DNA from: Chlorokybus atmophyticus
Lineage: Eukaryota; Plantae; Mesostigma and Chlorokybus algae
Direction: 5' to 3'
Assembly: GCA_009103225.1 (NCBI GenBank)
Contig: RHPI01000810.1
Location: forward strand, 977,080 to 1,041,079
DNA length: 64,000 nt
Shown: one piece after another, positions 20,173 to 34,093 of the stretch
Numbering within the stretch: position 1 is the stretch's first letter
Layout of the letters: every line of letters starts with the position of its first letter
The notes under the pieces: generated by a model
What the model saw: only the letters and a program-made list of their open reading frames with translations
Databases searched by the model: none
What the model was told of the DNA's origin: nothing
Position numbers and translations under genes: made by a program

Positions 20173-23100
20173 NNNNNNNNNNNNNNNNNNNNNNNGACCC
20201 GCTCGTATAAACCAATATAAATCAATGCAGAGGTGCAGAGGTGCAAGCCCATACCTGCAGACCTTTGAAGCTGTTCTTCCATGCTTCTTTGCATGTCATA
20301 TAACAAGCGCGTTGTCCCCAGCACACGAGTATGACAACATCTCGTTTATAGCAGCTTGCGTAAGGCCACAACCGTCGGTATTGCCAATAAAGTCCAGTAG
20401 CTTGTGCGTATATTGCTTAAGCAAAGCATCCTCACTGTTGTGCTGGCGGAGTTTTTTCACTATTTCTTGTCGACACCCAGTATCAACATTTGCACTCGAT
20501 GCCGCTCCCCACACAACATGATGAACCAGGCACTGGTGGCGCATGTGTCGAGCAATGAACGACAAAGGGTGCAATAGTAGAAAAGCATGGTGATAACCAT
20601 GCCACTCACATGCAGCAAGACATGGCAGGACAATGCGTAATGACAACAAACCTACATAATGTGCTTGCATAGGTCACATGAAAATCTAAATTTATCAAAC
20701 AACACTTGCGTGTTATTAGCCGCAGCCTGAGCAATACTGCGCTGTTCCTGTCCACTAGCACTTGCGTCCGCTTCCGTGTGGCCTTCAGCTTGCAAATAAC
20801 TGTCCTCCGACATGTATACATGCAGTGTATGCAACCTGGTCGCCTAGAAGGCCAGCATGCGAGCGGCCTCTTTCTTTAGCTCGAGACACCTGGTGGCCTT
20901 GCGAGCAAGCACAAACATTGGTTGTGCCACTGCAGCAACGCGTAGGCGTCACCGTTTTAGGCAACACCGCCGCCAACTTGCCGCCAAAGCAACTGCCCTT
21001 GGCCGCGTGCAAACGCCACTAGTTCTTGTGTTTCAAGCTGTTGATGTATTGATATAAGGTGTTAACTCAATAACATTGGCATGACGCCTAATGCACACAA
21101 TGTGGCCCATTTGGTCGGTGCACCGTAATGCCCCCGCGATGCATTGCGGTACTGTCACAGTGCGGTTGCGCCCAAAGTCCATTGTTCACTTTTACATTGA
21201 CTTTAAAACTCCAACGATTGGCAGCTGAGCTCATGGCAGTTGGAACTGATGTAGTTGTGGCGGCGGCGTCAACGGTCTATTGGTGGCGCAAGTATGAGCA
21301 GAGGTCGTTATGGCATCTGTGGCTGCCTTTGGCGTGGAGGCAATAGTTGAGAATGTCTATGCAAAAGCTATATGGATAGGCGTGCATTTCTCGGCTCGAA
21401 CAACCCCTTATTGAAATTAATGGGTGGCAAGGGGACACATCTAATGCATACTTGAAGACATTGAGAAGTTGCGGCAACCGGCTCCAATTATGGTGCTAAC
21501 ACATGACTCTTAAGATTCGTGCTTACCGCTCAAGTCTTAACTGCTACTAAACTCCACCTCATGCAGCTTTCCCACCGTTGTTTAATGCTTCAGGGTCAAG
21601 GGCGACTCGGGTACAAGAAGCATGATCGGTAATCATTTTAGTCTTGACAGTTGAAGCTCTTCCGTTGCACACGCTAGTATGCTATGCCCCGTTTGCGCAT
21701 AAAGAGGTTCTTTACAAACTAATTGACGGCACCTATGTTGCTCTTGCTGCCACCAATTTACCCTTCTTCTCTACTTCTTGCAATTGTTGCACCTACGTGC
21801 CATGCTGCAAGTTGTGTGCTGCACAATTTTACATACACATTCTTGGTCACGGTCTACATCTCCGCAAGTGTTTTGATCATTATTATTAATCCTTTATATT
21901 AATCAATAGGCGTGCGATTTTGCGCAAGTGCCGTACAGTATCGGTTATCATCCAGGTCTACGACGGGAACCAAGTTGACACCTGCATAGCCAAACACTTC
22001 CCTCAAGGCGTACGTGACAAGATCTTTGAGGCGGACCATCAGACCATAGTGAAGAAGGATGCCTGCGTCCTAGAGGTCTTCAAGTAGCACGAACCTCAAA
22101 ATTGGTAACATGACACTCCAGTGGGAGCAATGTGAGTAGTCACTCGTTTGCTGTCCTTTAAACACTGCCAGTCCTTGCAAGCAACCTTTGTTAAATGTGG
22201 TCTTTGCAATGTGACGGTATGACATATAGTGCAAATGTCTGTTGCCTTTAATTTTTGCAACATTCACACTGTCCTCGTGGTAGGCTTCATCAAGCTGCAG
22301 TGTATTGCGACGGTCAACAATAGTCATAAACGCGGCAATTGAATATGTAAGACTTTGAAGGAGGCGCGACGCCAATGCTCGAGCAATAAGGCAGGCATTG
22401 TGCTCCGCCTCGGGCTCAAACAAAAGCTAGTCTAACCACATCCATTGCCTTCCCGCGAGAGGCTCTTATAGAAGCTGAGGTCGTCCTGTTGGGCATCGGG
22501 GCTTCAAACGGCATCGACCCCAGAAAAAAGACATCACCAATGCCGAGCAGGCCAGATGCATAACTTGCTATGCTACACGCTTTGTCACTCCACCACTGGA
22601 CACTGCAGCTGTGTGCACCACATGCTTTTGCTGTCTTTATAAACATTTGGTTGCGCAGCCCTGAAGGCTCCAATGCTCAGGCCCTCTTTTTGGATGTAAC
22701 GATTGGCACTGCTATAGTCAGGGCAGTCCGCCTTGGGAGCGTTTTCCGCTGCTACGAGATACAGCTTAAGTACATGACCAAGCTTGTAAGTTGCCCCAAA
22801 AAAAAAATAGGCACGCATTGTTGCTACCGACAAGAATGGGTGGTATGGCGAGTCAGCACATCGGCTTAGCAAATGCGCAAATGCTGTTGACAGGTTGCAA
22901 CGCTCATACCCACAACAATTTTGCACAATTGTTCTTACAGGCTGATTGTGCACGTGGGTAAAGTCCCAATGTGGCAGCATTTGTAAGCGCGTGCAAGGTA
23001 GTATATCCATGCAACGGCTGCGGCAACTTCGCATTCAATGACCTCTACAGGGTAAAACTTCGCGTGCAGCCAGTGTAAGATAACCTGCATGGGTGGCCTG

Positions 23101-23177
23101 AGGCTCCACCACCATAGTTGCCGATATTTAATAAAGAGGTATGCCTCACTGTGTGCATATTAGCTAACCACTGCAGC

Positions 23178-24652
23178 TGTTAAAGGTTATAGGTTGTGGA
23201 AGGTATGTACCTTCCACAACATGTATATAGGCGGCGCCTACATGCAGTTGGTACGATTAGCTTAACCTTAATATTTATTAGATTTACACGAGTTACAGCA
23301 GTCACGGTCATTATGGTTAACCGTGGTCAACTTTTACTTGCAGCTGTTGACTTTGACCATTGACTTTAACTAGAGTTGCCTAAAGTTGACCAGTGCTTAG
23401 TAGCATAGTATATAAGATACTGTATACTGCTTAATACAATGGGTCGCACATTGTCTCTGTAGTTGGCGTGCTGTTTGCACTTGTCTTTAGTGTGTGCACA
23501 CTGATATGCGAGAGGCGCATCACTCATTCTCAATAGGTTATGGGCCCACACTTGCTTGTGCTAGTGAGAGAAAGTGTTGAGCACGGGAGCCTACTGGTAG
23601 AGTATTGTTGGGGAGAGGGTGAGTTGTATTATTGTGTAGCGAGCAATGGCTGACACAGATAGGATCCCCTTAAAGTCCCTCGATCTGCACAGCTGTATTT
23701 CATGGTCGATAAGGATGAAATTGGTGCTGATCCGCAAGAAGCTTTGGATATTTGTGGACCCCACCTCCTTCACATCATTACGGCCTAAAACATGTGACAT
23801 TAATACCTGGACACAGAACTCCCGATTAGCTTTTGCACTAACATGCTTGAAAGTTAAAGGCTTCCATCTCCCTCTTATTATAAATTGCAAGACTGGACGT
23901 GAGGCGTGGGAGGTATTCAACACCCTTTTTAGGGCCAACAGCAATGCGCGCAAGTTGCAACTGAGGCACAAGCTCACATTCTTGAAGACTGAGCACAAAG
24001 AGCCAGTCCCGAAGTAGATCACGCTTGCAAGGGAGCTTTTGCAAGACCTTGCAGCAGTGGGCTACGATATGGAGGAAGAGAAGGTGATGTGGGCAGTCTT
24101 AGCTGGCGTAGGCAAGAGCTTTACTACACTAGTGACTTTGTTGGAGTCCTCAGATGTGGTGTTGAAGTTTGCTACTGTAATACCAAAGTTGCTTGCTGTG
24201 GAAGGCAAGTTAAGTGTTGAAGAGATGGAGCATGGTGGCGAACCTATCGCAGTTGCTGCCTCATCTTCTCAACACACACGAAACAGGAGCAAAGCAGGTG
24301 GTGGGAAGCCATCACGTGACAAAGAGTGTCACTACTGTAAGATGAAGGGCCACTTCATTCGCGAGTGCCAAAAGAGGATCCACGATGAGGCAACCAAGGA
24401 GGAGCACGCCACGATGGCGATTGCTTTCTAGCATTGGTGAGGACCTGAAGGAGTTGCAGTGGATGGTGTTCGTCTGTCCTCTCCAACTGCAAGGGCGTGT
24501 GAAGGACATGCGCAGACGGAGGTCGCAGACACAAAGGTCTGTGAGAGTTACTGCTAGCCTATGAGTAGTTGCTGGTGTTGAGCTGCATACACTAGAGGTT
24601 GCATTGCTGTGGAGTTGTTTTTTGGTAGCACACAGGTGTGCGGTACTGGATA
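23178..24652 (+). mobile_element. Older, diverged family A-like element (5' LTR, PBS, broken gag), 3'-truncated
   Basis: LTR 23178-23535 (TGTTAAAGG...CTCAATA), PBS at 23536, gag 23646-24431 with internal stop/frameshift near 24015-24040. Confidence 0.85.
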
Positions 24653-25565
24653 GGTTTTGCCAAAGCTCCCTTGCACGCGAGATGTACTTCTGTATTGGCT
24701 CGTTGTGCTCCATCTTCAGAAGTGTCAGCTTGCGTCTCAGCTGCAACTTGCGCGAGTTGCTATTGGCCTTGAAGAGGGTGTCGAAGACCTCCCACGCCTC
24801 ACGTCCAGTCTTGCAATCCGCAATAAGAGGGAGATGGAAGTCTTTGACGTGCAAGCCTATCAGCGCAAAAGCTGATTGTGAGTTCTCTGTCCAGGTACCA
24901 GTGTCACCTGTTCTTGGCCGCAATGATGTGGAGGAGGTGGGGTCGACAAAACTCCAAAGCTTCTTGCGGATCAGCACCAACTTCATCTTCAGCGACCATG
25001 AAGCGTAGTTGTGCAGATCAAGGGACTCGATGGGCATCCTATCTGTGTCAGCCATTACTTGCTACACAATAGTACAACTCACCCTCTCCCCAAGAACACT
25101 CTTCTAGTAGGCACCTATGCTCAACACTTTCTCTCACTAGCACAAGCAATCACACAAGCGAGTGTGGGCCCATAACCTGTTGAGAACTAGTGATGCGCCT
25201 AGTGTGTGTGTATTTGCCTCTTACATACAAGTGTGCACACATTAAGGACAAGTGCAACAAGCACGCCAACTATAGAGACAATGTGCGACCCACTGTATTA
25301 AGCAGTATACAGTGTCTTATATACTATGCTACTAAGCACTAGTCAACTCTAGTCAACTCTGGTCAAAGTCAACACTAGTCAACACTAGTCAATGGTCAAA
25401 GTCAACGGTCAAAGTCAAAGTTGACCATGGTTGACCATAACTGCCGTAACTCCCGTAACTCCCGTAACTCTCGTAACTCTCGTAACTATAAAGGTTAAGC
25501 TGATCGTACCGACTACATGTAGGCGCCGCTATACATGTACTTTCAACAAGCTATAACATTCAACA
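24652..25565 (-). mobile_element. Family A fragment: 5' LTR (25178-25565), PBS and 5' half of gag
   Basis: Inverted relative to the 23178 element and joined at ~24652; the LTR end abuts the interior of another LTR. Confidence 0.88.
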
Positions 25566-27646
25566 GTCAAAGTTGACCATGGTTGACCATAACTGCCGTA
25601 ACTCTCGTAACTATCGTAACCCCGGTAACCATAAAGGTTAAGCTGATCGTACCAACTACATGTAGGCGCCGCCTATACATGTACTTTCAACAAGCTATAA
25701 CATTTAACACTCCCACGCGAGCAGCTTGACCTTGAACTCCAAGTTCTTCTCGCAAGCTTACCCACATTAACTTACTCCATTGAACACTCCCACGGATCTG
25801 TTGCTCCCACGGACTTTATGCTTGTCTCCATGACACCATCTTTCTCCTCATGCTGCCACCAGGATTACAAGGTTCCAATACTCCTGGTTTCCTCCTCATA
25901 GTTGTCGCATCAGGTTCCACCACGCCACGCCTGACCTTGCTCAGGTGGTTTCGAGGACTCCCTCAATGGCAAACTATGCTATAAACTACACTGAGTTCTC
26001 TACCTTAGCAATGCTGAACCAGAGTGTAGGCCGTGCAAGGGTTGATCAGACCCTTCTACCAAGGAAAGCACCCCTCTCATCTCCTGTTAGCTAGCTATAC
26101 AACTCAGTCCTTGCATGCCAATCAATTGAAGTGTTCTATCCAGTACCGCACACCTGTGTGCTACCAAAAAACAACTCCACAGCAATGCAACCTCTAGTGT
26201 ATGCAGCTCAACACCAGCAACTACTCATAGGCTAGCAGTAACTCTCACAGACCTTTGTGTCTGCGACCTCCGTCTACGCATGTCCTTCACGCGCCCTTGC
26301 AATGGGAGAGGACGGACGAACACCATCCACTGCAACTCCTTGAGGTCCTCACCAATGCTAGAAAGCAATCGCCAGCGTGGCGTGCTCATCCTTGGTTGCC
26401 TCATCGTGGATCCTCTTCTGGCACTCGCGAATGAAGTGGCCCTTCATCTTGCAGTAGTGACACTCTTTGTCACGTGATGGCTTCCCACCACCTGCTTTGC
26501 TCCTGCTTCGTGTGTGTTGAGAAGATGAGGCAGAAAGTGCGATAGGTTCTCCACCATTCTCTATCTCCTGAACATCCAACTTGCCTTCCACAGCTAGCAG
26601 CTTAGGCACTACATCAGCAAACTTCAAAACCACATCTGAGGACTCCAACACAGTCACTAGCGTAGCAAAGCTCTTTCCTAAGCCAGCTAAGACTGCCCAC
26701 ATCACCTCCTCTTCCTTCACATCGTGGCCCACTGCTGCAAGGTTTTGCCAAAGCTACCTTGCACGTGAGATGTACTTCTGTATTGGCTCGTTGTGCTCCA
26801 TCTTCAGAAGTGTCAGCTTGCGTCTCAGCTGCAACTTGCGCGAGTTGCTGTTGGCCTTGAAGAGGGTGTCGAAGACCTCCCACGCCTCACGTCCAGTCTT
26901 GCAATCCGCAATGAGAGGGAGATGGAAGTCTTTGACGTGCAAGCCTATCAGCGCAAAAGCTGATTGTGAGTTCTCTGTCCAGGTACTAGTGTCACCTGTT
27001 CTTGGCCGCAATGATGTGGAGGAGGTGGGGTCGACAAAACTCCAGAGCTTCTTGCGGATCAGCACCAACTTCATCTTCAGCGACCATGAAGCGTAATTGT
27101 GCAGATCAAGGGACTCGATGGGCATCCTATCTGTGTCAGCCATTGCTTGCTACACAATAGTACAACTCACCCTTTCCCCAAGAACACTCTACTAGTAGGC
27201 GCCTATGCTCAACACTTTCTCTCACTAGCACAAGCAATCACACAAGCGAGTGTGGGCCCATAACCTGTTGAGAACTAGTGATGCGCCTAGTGTGTGTATA
27301 TTTGCCTCTTACATACAAGTGTGCACACATTAAGGACAAGTGCAGCAAGCACGCCAACTATAGAGACAATGTGCGACCCACTGTATTAAGCAGTATACAG
27401 TGTCTTACATACTATGCTACTAAGCACTGGTCAACTCTGGTCAACTCTGGTCAAAGTCAACACTAGTTAACACTGGTCAATGGTCAAAGTCAGCGGTCAA
27501 AGTCAAAGTTGACCATGGTTGACCATAACTGCCGTAACTCCCGTAACTCTCGTAACCCCCGGTAACCATAAAGGTTAAGGTGATCGTACCAACTACATGT
27601 AGGCGCCGCCTATACATGTACTTTCAACAAGCTATAACATTTAACA
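25566..27646 (-). mobile_element. Family A element with partial 3' LTR (25566-25709), stop-broken gag 26358-27143 and 5' LTR 27266-27646
   Basis: PPT-position motif after 25709, PBS before 27266; GAG>TAG near 26755. Confidence 0.9.
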
Positions 27647-28203
27647 TTTATATATATACGGCACGTTATCGGCAGCCACGGATCTATTTAAGGCAATGGG
27701 ATCCAGCACCCATTAAGAATCCCAATACTCATCGGCAAAGTAGGGAGCTATACAGGTTTGCCACCAAGAAGACCTGGATCATGCTGCCGCAAGATGAAGC
27801 ATGTTGTTTGTAAACGACATAACCAAGGCTCTCGAGTTGCAGTGGCGCAAGAAAAGTCTCACAAAAGTCAGAAAGCAAAACTACTTGCATTAGGTAGGGA
27901 TTACCATCGTGTGCAGTATGGTGTGATAGGCAGTCTTTGTCATGCATAGCTTTTGCTTTAGGCTTTGGTCATAGTGTGCCACACAGCACACTGCAGCTTG
28001 TATGGTAGCTACGTATAGGCAAGTAATGTCATTAACAGCAATCTTGGTTGGGCATTGCCACCTTATGTAGTGCCCTGTTTGGTAAACATGCATGCGTATG
28101 TCATTCGAGCAAACCACATGGTGTGTATACGTGCCATTGTGAATTACTTCATGATTATAATGGGACAAGTGTGCATTGTTGCCACGATGGCCCCTACTAT
28201 GCA

Positions 28204-28520
28204 ACCAGGCTTGGTGTGCATCTATGCCACTTTGGTGGTACACAATGACCATAACTGGTGTTGATGCATTCCAGCATGGCATGCTTAGTTGTAACCATGG
28301 TTGGTGTGGATGCGGGACAATATGTCATGCCTGCTTATAACCATGGTTGGTGTGGATGTGGGACAGTATGGCGTGCACGGTTATGACCATGGCTGATGTA
28401 TATACAAGATAGCACGGCGTGCATGGTCATGAACTTGGTTGGTGTCAATGTAGGACAGTATGGCGTGCATGGTTATGACCATGGCTGGTGTCCTTGCAGG
28501 ATAGTGTGGTGGTAATCGTC
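28204..28520. repeat. Degenerate 46-bp minisatellite, about 7 units
   Basis: ACCATGG(C/T)TGGTGT-like unit starts at 28248, 28294, 28340, 28386, 28432 and 28478. Confidence 0.8.
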
Positions 28521-29899
28521 GTGGCCATGTATGGCAGTATAATTTACCGCCACGCCTGGCGTGTATATATCATTTATTTACCACCAATGTGGTCGCAAAC
28601 TGGCGACCAAGTTAACTACGCGCACCATGTATGGATGCGGAACTGGCTCAACCATACAATGTATGGCTCTTATTAGGGGAACCATATAGTTCGTGCTGCA
28701 TCTTCCATGCGTAAGCTCCACATATGTCAATGCAGCTTCACATGTTGTGAACACATACATATGTAAAAGCAACCATGTGATTTCCTTTCAACATTATGTC
28801 ATATAGCTACACATTTCCATTGAAGCACTATGCCGTGCTAAGTATCAAATGCCGTGTGGCACATGGCCATATGCATGCCGGTTGAGCGTTGTGCAGTGCT
28901 GCACATGAATAGACATGTGTGGTACATGGCCATGCCATTTTTGCGCTGAGCTATGCTACGTACTATGTGTAAGATGAGCACACGTTCCCTACGGATGGCG
29001 TCCCTTGAAGAGAATGTAGGACCGAATGGCAAAGCATCCATGTGGAGCGAAAATAGCTAGGGAAGCGCCCAACTCAATGTTGGTGAGCAAGAAGGGCGTT
29101 GGCAAGCTCAAAGCAGTGACAACTATTGTTGTGGACGTTGGGGATATCAATAGCGGAGGCACTGTTGTGCACGCCATAGCTGAGTGCTCATGGTAATTTT
29201 CCATTTGTTGAGTGTGGGGTGCCTGGTGTTACTATAAAAAGGGCCTTCCCCCGCCCTATGTTGGGTGGGTATTTAAGAGAGGGGTAAGAGCTGCCATGGG
29301 GAGGTGTACATCAAAGAAGCTTTCAAGAGCTGCTACAAGCTGCACCATGCAGCTCTCATCCACGTAGAGTTCAAGGGAGCACATTCTTCATCCTCCCTTT
29401 TGCCTATGCATGTTTCCCTCTCCACACGAAGGGAGCATTGTGCATGTGAATGTTTGCAAATTGGGCATGAGTGTCTACATTATGTGCAGACTTGTGCACA
29501 TAGTTCATATGACGTGCACCTATGCATGATTCATATACATGTATGTGTGATGTGCATTACCCATATGATTATGCATGCGTCAAGTAGTCGAATCGGCTGG
29601 GCCTTAATAGGCACAACTTGTTTTGATTGAATGTTCCTGGCGCACTTCTATCCGGCTTGTAGCCAATGGCTGGAATCAAGCCACAATAGTTGTTGTTTAA
29701 TGAGTGAAGAGGGCGGTGGTCGCAACCATGCCTTGTGGACCACTATTAACGCCGCCATCGCCATTGTTATGGCTACTTTTTGGGCAACCCGTAAGCAAAA
29801 ATGTATTTATAGACAGAGGATAGTGTCAAAGAGTACAAGTTGCAAGAATAAAACCGAACTACTAGAGAAGGGTAGAAAATTAATATGCTACTAAGCTAG

Positions 29900-31725
29900 G
29901 GAAGTTAGCCACAGAGCAGCTACAAGCCTGTGCTCAAGAGAGATGTGTCCCAACCACACAACCGCGGGAGGCGACGAGGAGAAGTCAACCGAGCATAGAA
30001 TAGAGTTGTGACCTCAGCATTCAGCAAAGGAGGCAACCGCCATCTCCCTCTTACCCTCCGCGGAAGGCGTAAAGCACGCCTCCCCCACCAATCTTCACAA
30101 GCACGAGAACGAAGCAACGAGCGCAACCTATTGAAGAGAGCATCAAGCGAAGCAAACTTGTGGCCGTAACAAATAGCGTAGCGATGGCACTACAGTGCCC
30201 AAAGACAGATGGGGCGGAGAATACGCCATAAAGAAGAGAATTGAGGAGGGGCCGGGGGAACGCTCTTCAAAAATAGCAGGGAGGGGTAGGAGAGGTCCAC
30301 CATGGCGCTGAACTTAAGAACAACAAACCGACCCACTCCCATATTAACTTTGCAGTCGGGCAGGTAGCAAACACGTGCAAGATCGACTCAACTGGCTCCT
30401 CCCCGCACGCAAGGCAGGCAGGGTCCACTCCCATGTGCATGAGACGGTCACTAGTGTACAAGGCCCGATGCGCTATTAGCTACAAGAGAGAAACCTATGT
30501 ACTCGGAGCGCGAATAGAGTGCAGGAGACCCCAACCCTGCTCCACTAAATGGGCGGAGCCAGCGCTGTGAGGCCGGCGCTTGCTCTATAAAAGCCAGTAT
30601 TTGAGCTTGGATGAATAGTACTACATCAAAAAGGTCGAGAGCGAGGCGGAGTCATGCCCCTACCATGAAGCCGAGGAGGAGTCGCGATAAATATTTGTAA
30701 GAGGAGCCCCTCCCACTACCGATCAGCCCCCAAAGCGGGCGGCTTTGGGGAGGTCAAGTCAGGCGGGGGAATAAGGGCGAGGCGAGGAGCGGCAAACGAG
30801 CGGGAAAAGGAAAAACACAAATGCGGCAAAGCCGCAGGTGTGAGAGCGAACGAGCAGGTTTTGAACATGTCAGTCGATGGGTATCGCTGTCTTCCACAGC
30901 AAACAAAACACGCGTGCATTCCGTAGAAGAGAAGCGCTCCACATGTGCTAAGGACATTGCATCTGACTGCGACAGCAGCCCCCACCACTCACCTGGGAGT
31001 GGATTTTGGGCTTGCACGAAGAACATCCTGCCAAGTCGCAGGGGTGCAGCTCCACAAGAAGGCCAGGCAATTAGCTGCCCGCCCGGGCACTCAGCGGGAC
31101 ACCTTGCTTGCTGAGCAAAGGCGCCGCTTGAGGTCATCCCACAGATCCACAACTTGGTGAAAGCTAGCTGCGGCTCATGAAAGGTAGCGAGAATGAGTAG
31201 AGCCGGCGCCAACAACTGCTCCATCCCATGTGTGGATGAGCGGGTTGCAAAAGAGATGCTGTCGAAGGACAGCATTATACGAGGGAGCTAATTGTGTTAA
31301 AGGACGCATCAGCAGCCATAACAAGATAATGTACTTCAAGTGCTTGGGCACAAGCTTGTGCACTGGAAGGCTATTTAAAAAAGTGTGTAGCGCCAGCAGG
31401 TAGTCATCTGACGATGGGGTAACTAGGTTGCGGGAACAAGCACGAAGATTGTGGAAAGCCAGGACTTTTCACGGAGCCCAACCTGGCTCGACTACACGAA
31501 TAGCCCACTTGGCCAACAGGGCCCGAACTTGGAGGGCGGGATCAAGAATGCCTAGCCCACCCGCATCTTTGGGAAGGCACGTAGTCTCTCAGCTAACCCG
31601 GCCTTGCTTGGCCGGAGATGCCCCATTAGTTGAAGAGCTAAAAAGAAGCGAGGTGCAAGCACGCTGCAGAGCATCAAGAGCACGCTGAGAGGGAAGCGCA
31701 ATCGCCGCAATCTACCAGAGGCAGG
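29900..31725 (-). mobile_element. L1-type LINE, 3' part of ORF2 (post-RT region and zinc finger), decayed
   Basis: VS*ETTCLPKDAGGLGILDP; CLACGEEPVESILHVFATCPTAKLIWEW (zf-RVT-like); 3' boundary approximate. Confidence 0.8.
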
Positions 31726-31764
31726 TGTTGAGAACTAGTGATGCGCCTAGTGTGTGTGTATTTG

Positions 31765-34093
31765 TGTTAGATGTTATAGCTTGTTGAAAGCACATGTATA
31801 GGCGGCGCCTACATGTAGTTGGTACGATCAGCTTAACCTTCATAGTTACGGGAGTTACGAGAGTTACGAGAGTTACGGGAGTTACGGCAGTTATGGTCAA
31901 CCATGGTCAACTTTGACTTTGACCATTGACTTTGACCATTGACTAGTGTTGACTAGTGTTGACTTTGACCAGAGTTGACTAGAGTTGACTAGTACTTAGT
32001 AGCATAGTATATAAGACACTGTATACTGCTTAATACAGTGGGTCGCACATTGTCTCTATAGTTGGCGTGCTTGCTGCACTTGTCCTTAGTGTGTGCACAC
32101 TTGTATGTAGGAGGCAAATACTTACACACTAGGCGCATCACTAGTTCTCAACAGGTTATGGGCCCACACTCGCTTGTGTGATCGCTTGTGCTAGTGAGAA
32201 AAAGTGTTGAGCATAGGCGCCTACTAGTAGAGTGTTCTTGGGGAGAGGGTGAGTTGTACTATTGTGTAGCAAGCAATGGCTGACACAAATAGGATGCCCA
32301 TCGAGTCCCTTGATCTGCACAACTACGCTTCATGGTCGCTGAAGATGAAGTTGGTGCTGATCCGCAAGAAGCTTTGGAGTTTTGTCGACCCCACCTCCTC
32401 CACATCATTGCGGCCAAGAACAGGTGACACTGGTACCTGGACAGAGAACTCACAATCAGCTTTTGCGCTGATAGGCTTGCACGTCAAAGACTTCCATCTC
32501 CCTCTTATTGCGGATTGCAAGACTGGACGTGAGGCGTGGGAGGTCTTCGACACCCTCTTCAAGGCCAATAGCAACTCGCGCAAGTTGCAGCTGAGACGCA
32601 AGCTGACACTTCTGAAGATGGAGCACAACGAGCCAATACAGAAGTACATCTCGCGTGCAAGGGAGCTTTGGCAAAACCTTGCAGCAGTGGGCCACGACGT
32701 GAAGGAAGAGGAGGTGATGTGGGCAGTCTTAGCTGGCTTAGGAAAGAGCTTTGCTACGCTAGTGACTGTGTTGGAGTCCTCAGATGTGGTTTTGAAGTTT
32801 GCTGATGTAGTGCCTAAGCTGCTAGCTGTGGAAGGCAAGTTGGATGTTCAGGAGATAGAGAATGGTGGAGAACCTATCGCACTTTCTGCCTCATCTTCTC
32901 AACACACACGAAGCAGGAGCAAAGCAGGTGGTGGGAAGCCATCACGTGACAAAGAGTGTCACTACTGCAAGATGAAGGGCCACTTCATTCGCGAGTGCCA
33001 GAAGAGGATCCACGATGAGGCAACCAAGGATGAGCACGCCACGCTGGCGATTGCTTTCTAGCATTGGTGAGGACCTCAAGGAGTTGCAGTGGATGGTGTT
33101 CGTCCGTCCTCTCCCATTGCAAGGGCGCGTGAAGGACATGCGTAGACGGAGGTCACAAACACAAAGGTCTGTGAGAGTTACTGCTAGCCTATGAGTAGTT
33201 GCTGGTGTTGAGCTGCATACACTAGAGGTTGCATTGCTGTGGAGTTGTTTTTGGTAGCACACAGGTGTGCGGTACTGGATAGAACACTTCAATTGATTAG
33301 CATGCAAGGACTGAGTTGTATAGCAAGCTAACAGGAGATGGGAGGGGTGCTTTCCTTGGTAAAAGGGTCTGATCAACCCTTGCACGGCCTACACTCTGGT
33401 ATAGCATTGCTAAGGTAGAGAACTCAATGTAGTTTATAGCATAGTTTGCCATTGAGGGAGTCTCTGAAACCACCTGAGCAAGGTCAGGCGTGGCGTGGTG
33501 GAACCTGATGCGACAACTATGAGGAGGAAACAAGGAGTATTGGAACCTTGTAGTTGTGCTGGCAGCACGAGGAGAAGGATGGTGTCATGGAGACAAGCTT
33601 CAAGTCCGTGGGAGCAACACATCTGTGTGAGTGTTCAATGGAGTAAGTTAATGTGGGTAAGCTTGCAAGAAGAACTTGGAGTTCAAGGTCAAGCTGCGTG
33701 GGAGTGTTAGATGTTATAGCTTGTTGAAAGCACATGTATAGGCGGCGCCTACATGTAGTTGGTACGATCAGCTTAACCTTCATAGTTACGGGAGTTACGA
33801 GAGTTACGAGAGTTACGGGAGTTACGGCAGTTATGGTCAACTATGGTCAACTTTGACTTTGACCATTGACTTTGACCATTGACTAGTGTTGACTAGTGTT
33901 GACTTTGACCAGAGTTGACTAGAGTTGACTGGTACTTAGTGGCATAGTATATAAGACACTGTATACTGCTTAATACAGTGGGTCGCACATTGTCTCTATA
34001 GTTGGCGTGCTTGCTGCACTTGTCCTTAGTGTGTGCACACTTGTATGTAGGAGGCAAATACTTACACACTAGGCGCATCACTAGTTCTCAACA
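31765..34093 (+). mobile_element. Family A element (inner) inserted in the LTR of another family A copy
   Basis: LTRs 31765-32153 and 33705-34093 (389 bp, private TGTTAGATG start, 3 mismatches seen); TSD ATTTG at 31760-31764 and 34094-34098. Confidence 0.96.
32276..33061 (+). CDS. gag: Copia Gag, 261 aa, intact
   Basis: Open frame, zinc knuckle present. Confidence 0.92.
   Translation: MADTNRMPIESLDLHNYASWSLKMKLVLIRKKLWSFVDPTSSTSLRPRTGDTGTWTENSQSAFALIGLHVKDFHLPLIADCKTGREAWEVFDTLFKANSNSRKLQLRRKLTLLKMEHNEPIQKYISRARELWQNLAAVGHDVKEEEVMWAVLAGLGKSFATLVTVLESSDVVLKFADVVPKLLAVEGKLDVQEIENGGEPIALSASSSQHTRSRSKAGGGKPSRDKECHYCKMKGHFIRECQKRIHDEATKDEHATLAIAF

Noticed and set aside
24312-25055. 247-aa ORF that looks like a gag fused to a novel C-terminus
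   Set aside because: Read-through across the inversion junction at ~24652 into antisense spacer sequence
28800-29900. Short ORFs and a TATA-like stretch left of the LINE
   Set aside because: No recognisable motifs or termini; cannot be assigned
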